This document shows positions 49,501 to 50,564 of a stretch of DNA of 50,564 nucleotides, piece after piece; positions within the stretch are counted from its first letter, which is position 1, and every line of letters begins with the position of its first letter. Source of the DNA: a bacterium (GTDB lineage Bacteria > SZUA-182 > DTGQ01). Position numbers and translations under genes: made by a program. Under the pieces are notes generated by a model. That model worked only from the letters and a program-made list of their open reading frames with translations. It did no database searches and was not told where the DNA came from. The stretch spans positions 1 to 50,564 of the forward strand of contig JBFMGO010000034.1 of assembly GCA_040752695.1 (NCBI GenBank), read 5' to 3'.

Positions 49501-50564
49501 GACCTTGGGATCGATACTGGCAGCGGCCCTGGCCTGTGCGGTGATCTCATTTTTAATGATGTCCGCACCCACGAAATCGCCAATAAGATATCGGCCGGAG
49601 CCGGTCGTACCCACTCCGCAGATAAGAATGGAGCGCCCTCTCATTTCCTTCCCGATCTCATCCAGCCCCAGACGGACGGCTTCAATCGGTCGGCCGGCAG
49701 TCATCAGGTATCTTTTGGCCAGCACTCTTTTTTGGTTGTCAATCAAAACGACATTGGTACTGATCGATCCGACGTCGATTCCCAAGTAGGCCTGAATCAG
49801 GCCGGATGTATTGACCAAGCCGTGCCCGTTAGGTGGGCTTTTCACTGTGTTCTGAATCCTTTGGCCGCCAGGGCGTAATGATGGAAGGAGGGAAGTTTGC
49901 CCGCGGTTTGTTTTCAAGTATTCGGTTATGATCCTTGGGATATCACTCCCTCTTTTAAGCTTTGGATTTTCAAGCGAAACCAGAGCTGCGCCAATAGCGC
50001 CCATGCAATTGTAATATTTCGGGACGATCAACTCTCCGGGAGCAAGTTCAAGCAGGGTCTCAAAGGCTTTCACCATGCCTTTGTTAGCGGCTACGCCACC
50101 TTGAAAGAGAATGGGTTTTTGAAAATCCTTCCCCTTGCCAATGCTCCCCTTAAAATTCCGTGCCATGGCCAGGCAAAGCCCGGCGACGATATCGTAGTCG
50201 GGGGTAGCTTCCTGCTGCAAATGAATCATGTCGGATTTAGCAAAAACGCTGCATCTGCCGGCAATACGGGCCGGATTTTTTGACTTCAAAGCCAATTCCC
50301 CGAACTCATCCTCAATCGATACACCAAGCCGTGAAGCCTGCTGGTCAAGGAAAGACCCGGTCCCGGCCGCACACAGGGTATTCATGGCAAAATCTTTCAG
50401 AACTACAGAACTGGATGAATCAACCCGATCGAGCAGAATGAGCTTGGAGTCCTCCCCGCCGATTTCGATAATGGTTTTAGCTTCGGGATGGATGAAAAGA
50501 ACCGCTTTCATCTGGGCAATAATTTCATTAATAAACTGACAGTCAAGGATCTGGCTCAGTATTT
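46501..50564 (-). CDS. Acyl-CoA dehydratase activase-related fusion (two BadF/BadG/BcrA/BcrD ATPase domains plus DUF2229-type domains); 5' end outside the window
   Basis: Two copies of IGG[EQ]DSK...MN..CAAGTGSFL and RC[ST]VF; CFPIKV, CGPDSF, GPCRFGQY, PFTCMPG. The frame is open to the window edge. Confidence 0.9.
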   Translation of the reverse strand, partial: ILSQILDCQFINEIIAQMKAVLFIHPEAKTIIEIGGEDSKLILLDRVDSSSSVVLKDFAMNTLCAAGTGSFLDQQASRLGVSIEDEFGELALKSKNPARIAGRCSVFAKSDMIHLQQEATPDYDIVAGLCLAMARNFKGSIGKGKDFQKPILFQGGVAANKGMVKAFETLLELAPGELIVPKYYNCMGAIGAALVSLENPKLKRGSDIPRIITEYLKTNRGQTSLLPSLRPGGQRIQNTVKSPPNGHGLVNTSGLIQAYLGIDVGSISTNVVLIDNQKRVLAKRYLMTAGRPIEAVRLGLDEIGKEMRGRSILICGVGTTGSGRYLIGDFVGADIIKNEITAQARAAASIDPKVDTILEIGGQDSKYISLDQGAVVDFEMNKVCAAGTGSFLEEQAEKLGISIKGEFGDLALSASDPVRLGERCTVFMESDLIHHQQSGAAKDNLVAGLSYSIVHNYLNRVVAGRKIGDRIFFQGGVAANKGVVAAFEHVLKKPVIVPEHHEVTGAIGVALIAQEKQNWTRSKFRGFDLSHRHYEITSFECKGCANHCQIKKVTLDQDKPLYYGSRCDRYDEKKSERSQPHQADLFAYRSQELHRKYPLPSGAKNSSPTKPSGRVGIPSCLFFHELLPFWRTFFEALGFEAVLSQSTNKEIINQGVQAAIADTCFPIKVAYGHIQNLIQLGVDYLFLPSIINMPSDQEGLPNSFNCPYVQTIPYTASAAIDLEQNGIKVLRPVLFLRRGKRSLKKNLMQLGRNLGKSGSTILKAITAAQAAQNTFYSAIQKKGQEVLKNLSDQEKVLILISRPYNGCDSGLNLEVPKIFREMGFLIVPMDFLPLHHKQIDEDWPNMYWRYGQRILSAAQFIRERANCYAIYLTNFGCGPDSFITQFFQHTMKGKPYLQIEIDEHSAGAGIITRCEAFIDSLCNKPLVHLPSDSSEQCPDCQSLYFSRNFKHTSGNRKLFIPPMSDHAHAICSAFRSQGIMAEVMPEPDEETVLYGRMHTSGKECFPCLVTTGDMIKITRSPQFDPHRSAFFMPSGDGPCRFGQYYQLHRMVLDRVGLSDVPIYSPNQGETFYSDIGIAGSDFIRLAWQGIVIIDYLEKWLLQNRPYEKAPKDADRIYGQCLSTLCQTIETQKSVLPAIGQILQILSRFQPGPKTDRPIIGVVGEIFVRANRFSNCELIREVENLGGEVSMPPINEWFHYTNYTSKSRSVVNRNYKNLLLTMISEILQKKDEKRIHRLLSTAIFNGEDPSVEQLLNYSSPYLHSSFEGEAILSVGKAIDFTRKNMAGLINVMPFTCMPGTIAAAILKKVRLEHNDFPFLNLAYDGVEQTSIKTRLEAFLYQARQFGKDSISRKG

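Overview
Bacterial chromosomal window; taxonomy cannot be fixed from the sequence, but the gene set suggests an anaerobic diderm. Left to right: (1) 1-5.9 kb is an AT-rich mobile patch with two directly oriented IS982-family copies, one interrupted by an IS1380-family element. Between them lies an integrative-element remnant (Zn-ribbon protein, truncated serine recombinase, coiled-coil repeat protein, excisionase, truncated lipoprotein) with an apparent antisense RNA over the recombinase leader. (2) ftsH. (3) An archaeal-style nitrogen module: nrpR and an L-2-hydroxyglutarate oxidase-family gene, divergent from a stand-alone FMN glutamate synthase and glnA, with candidate operators. (4) Two secreted proteins with a shared globular domain and Tyr/Gly/Leu-rich tails, flanking a clan-AA aspartyl protease. 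(5) A ~16.6 kb co-directional run: htrA, moxR, DUF58, TPR/SurA-like, batABCDE, GldA/F/G-like ABC transporter and DUF4340. (6) A MITE, an alternative sigma70, a CDP-alcohol phosphatidyltransferase, CIRCE-controlled groESL, a peptidase MA, comEC, a probable major surface protein and a partial CoA-dehydratase activase. Main candidates for novelty: a three-member secreted protein family whose shared domain looks circularly permuted, four correctly oriented intergenic sigma54-type promoters (two at these genes, one ahead of the sigma-factor operon, one ahead of an unannotated small ORF), and the fused Bat/Gld envelope operon next to them. No rRNA, tRNA or CRISPR array was recognised. All family calls come from motif recognition by eye; no searches were run.
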